Positions 61,601 to 64,000 of a DNA stretch of 64,000 nt are shown one piece after another (position 1 is the stretch's first letter; every line of letters begins with the position of its first letter). Origin of the DNA: an uncultured Chlamydiae bacterium (GTDB taxonomy: Bacteria > Chlamydiota > Chlamydiia > Chlamydiales > SM23-39). The translations under genes were made by a program, and so were the position numbers. The stretch is taken from NCBI GenBank assembly GCA_963730605.1, contig CAVSSM010000001.1:1-64000 (forward strand), given 5' to 3'. The notes beneath the pieces are model-generated. The model was not told the origin of the DNA. It did not search any database and saw only the letters and a program-made list of their open reading frames with translations.

Positions 61601-64000
61601 GGGCAGCGCCGGTACACCGAAACCCTTCCCGCTTATTCGAGGGCGATGGTCAAACAGCTGCCCAAACCGCTCTTTGAGAGGATCGAGGGGCTCTCCCCCT
61701 CCATCGCGCTCGAACAGAAAACCGGAGGGCTAAATCCGCGCAGCACCATCGGCACGATCACCGAAATCTACGATCTTCTCCGCGTACTCTATGCCCATCT
61801 CGGCACGGCTTACTCTCCCGAGACGGGAGAAGAGATCCGCCACATCAGCAAAGAATTCGTCGTAGAGAAAACGCTAAGCTTGCCAGAAGGTGAAAAAATC
61901 CAGATCCTCGCCCCCGTGGCCATGCAAAAAAAGGAGCCCTTCGAAGAGATGGTGGAGAGGTTGAACCGGCTCGGATTTTTAAGGATTCGGCTCAACAAGA
62001 CGACCTACGAGCTGGATGCTCCCATTCCTTTCGATAAACACCGGAAAAACGAGCTATTCCTCGTGATCGATCGGCTTATCGTCGATAAAAAAAATCAAAA
62101 ACGGCTCTTCGAAGCGGTGGAGAAAGCGACTGGAGTTTCCGATGGCATCGTCTTAGTGGCTCGGGAAAAGGAGGATCTCTATTTCAATTTGTCGTTTGCC
62201 GAGATGAGCACAGGCAAATCCTACCCGCCCATCACGCCTCAGACCTTTTCTTTCAACCATGACGCTGGGATGTGCTTGGAGTGCCAAGGATTGGGGCTCA
62301 CTTACGGGGTCCAATTCGTGAACCAAAAAAGCGTCATGCGTCTCTCCCTTTCCGATCTTTGCCTTCGCCTTTTCAAAGACAAAGCGACCAACGGTGCTCT
62401 AAAACGAGTGGGAGAATACTTTAATGCCTGCGGCATCGATCCAGACTCCCCCCTGAAAGACCTCGCCCCCAAAGAGCTCCATCTCATTTTCAATGGCGGG
62501 CCTGAAAAAGCGATCAAAAAATTCGGGTCTCTAAAGTGGATCGGGCTGCAGCCTCTTTTTGCGGGAGCGGTCCGGATGGGGAGCCGGGAGATGAAGGAAG
62601 CGCTGCTCCCGCTCATGGTCGCATCGACTTGTCCCGGATGTGGCAGCGCCCGCCTAAACCCTCTCGCAAGAAACGTTAAGATCCAAAATAGATCCATCGT
62701 CGATTTCTGCCGACTCGAGATCGAAAAAGCCTACACGTTCATCCAAGGCATCTCATTGAAGGGCGCCTCCTTTTTGCAAGAGACCCGCTCCCAGATCTGC
62801 AAATACCTCGAATTTCTCCTCTCGATCGGCCTCGGCTATCTGACGCTCGAGCGCTCCGCTCCCAGTTTAAGCGGCGGCGAGCTACAGCGGATCCGCCTGG
62901 CGCGCCAGCTCGGGTCGGGTTTGACCTCGTGCCTCTACCTTCTCGATGAGCCGACGATTGGCCTCCATCCGTACAATAACGAGCTTTTGAACCGCGCTCT
63001 CAAAGATTTGGCCGCTCTCGGAAATACCCTAGTCCTTGTCGAACACGACCCGATGACTCTCCAGATCGCAGATCAGATCTTCGATTTCGGGCCCGGGGCG
63101 GGGCGCCTTGGCGGGAGAATCGTTGCCTTTGGCACCCTCCCGGAAATTCTTGAATGTGAACATTCGCTGACCGGCGCATATCTCAGCGGGCGTAAAAGGA
63201 TCCCTATCCCGACAAAGCGGCGCCCCTTCCAGCCCGATATCCGGATCGAAGGCGCTCAGCTGAACAATTTGCAAAATCTAACAGTTGCCTTTCCCCGAGC
63301 GAGCCTAACCTGCTTGACAGGAGTCTCCGGATCGGGAAAATCATCGCTCATGCGAGGACTCCTCAAACCCGCGGCGGAAATCGCTGTGAACGCCCGCAAA
63401 AAAATGGAGCCAATCGAATTTTCCGGGGCGAAGTTCTGGGGCTTAAGTCCTTTCGAAAAAGTGATCTCCATCGACCAAAGCCCGATCGGCCAGACGGCGC
63501 GCGCCGATGTGGGAAGCTACGCCGACATCATGCCTTTCATCCGGGGGCATTTTGCGCAAATGCCGCTCGCCAAAGCGAAGGGGTTGCAGCCGGGCCATTT
63601 CAGCCCGAACCACCTCCGAGGGATGTGCCGCACCTGCTGGGGGATGGGATATAAGACGATCGACCTCCAGTTTCTTCCTGCCGTTAAAGTGACCTGCGAA
63701 GCGTGCCGCGGTTACCGCCTCAACCCGATTTCTCTCGAAGTGCGCTACAGAGGCAAGAACCTCGGAGAGATCCTCTCGATGACCGTGCAAGAAGCGATGG
63801 GGCTTTTTTCTGAAATTCCCAAAGTCCTAAAGAGGCTCCAATGGGTCGATGAAGTCGGCCTCTCTTATCTTCCTCTCGGCCAAGAGCTGGCATCCCTTTC
63901 TGGCGGAGAAGCGCAGCGCCTCCGACTTTCCCGCGAGCTTGCCAAACGGGAAGCGGGCAAGACGCTCTATCTCATCGACGAGCCCACGGTTGGGCTCCAC
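58615..64000 (+). CDS. uvrA: Excinuclease ABC subunit A, chlamydial double-length form (frameshifts near 58690 and 61100; runs off the right edge)
   Basis: First unit HNLK..[14 protein letters not shown]..DEP; a second full unit starts near 61470 ([31 protein letters not shown]) with no stop between them. Confidence 0.95.

Noticed and set aside
58615..64000. Split or novel duplicated uvrA
   Set aside because: Breaks at about 58690 and 61100 are each one missing G in a G-run, and the double-length UvrA is a known chlamydial trait.
1..64000. CRISPR array, cas genes, rRNA
   Set aside because: No regularly spaced repeat-spacer pattern or matching motifs seen; the repeats found are dispersed MITEs and att duplicates.

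Overview
This is chromosomal DNA from an environmental member of the Chlamydiae. Supporting signs are a double-length UvrA, a short chlamydial-type parE/parC pair, many Inc/effector-like orphan ORFs and duplicated chlamydial-type tmRNA 3' ends. Single-base frameshifts in essential genes, several of them in homopolymer runs, suggest an error-prone long-read assembly rather than mass pseudogenisation. 1-14 kb: tandem islands bounded by three copies of the ssrA 3' end plus terminator. The first is a phage-satellite-like integrative element (tyrosine integrase, excisionase-like gene, P-loop helicase, putative iteron origin, HGGxSTG gene, Fic, inverse-autotransporter gene). 14-28 kb: accessory patchwork with an IS630 nested in the terminal repeat of an ISAba1-like IS4 element, gene remnants, and a thioredoxin/thioredoxin reductase pair with unusual N-terminal extensions. 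28-34.5 kb: a leucine biosynthesis cluster (leuB-ilvE-leuA-YrdC-like, convergent leuDC) behind an unannotated Leu-rich leader peptide. 35-64 kb: parC/parE, cspA, RNase II/R, azoreductase-GH15, a three-gene NHLP-leader / GRDP-like / MauE-like cassette (best candidate for an undescribed system), pyk, a Drr-type ABC exporter, a head-to-head GH1 plus sphingomyelinase-like pair, and uvrA. Three families of MITE-like repeats occur, some with nested palindromic modules. No CRISPR array, rRNA or complete tRNA was seen. All family calls come from motif recognition by eye; no searches were run.
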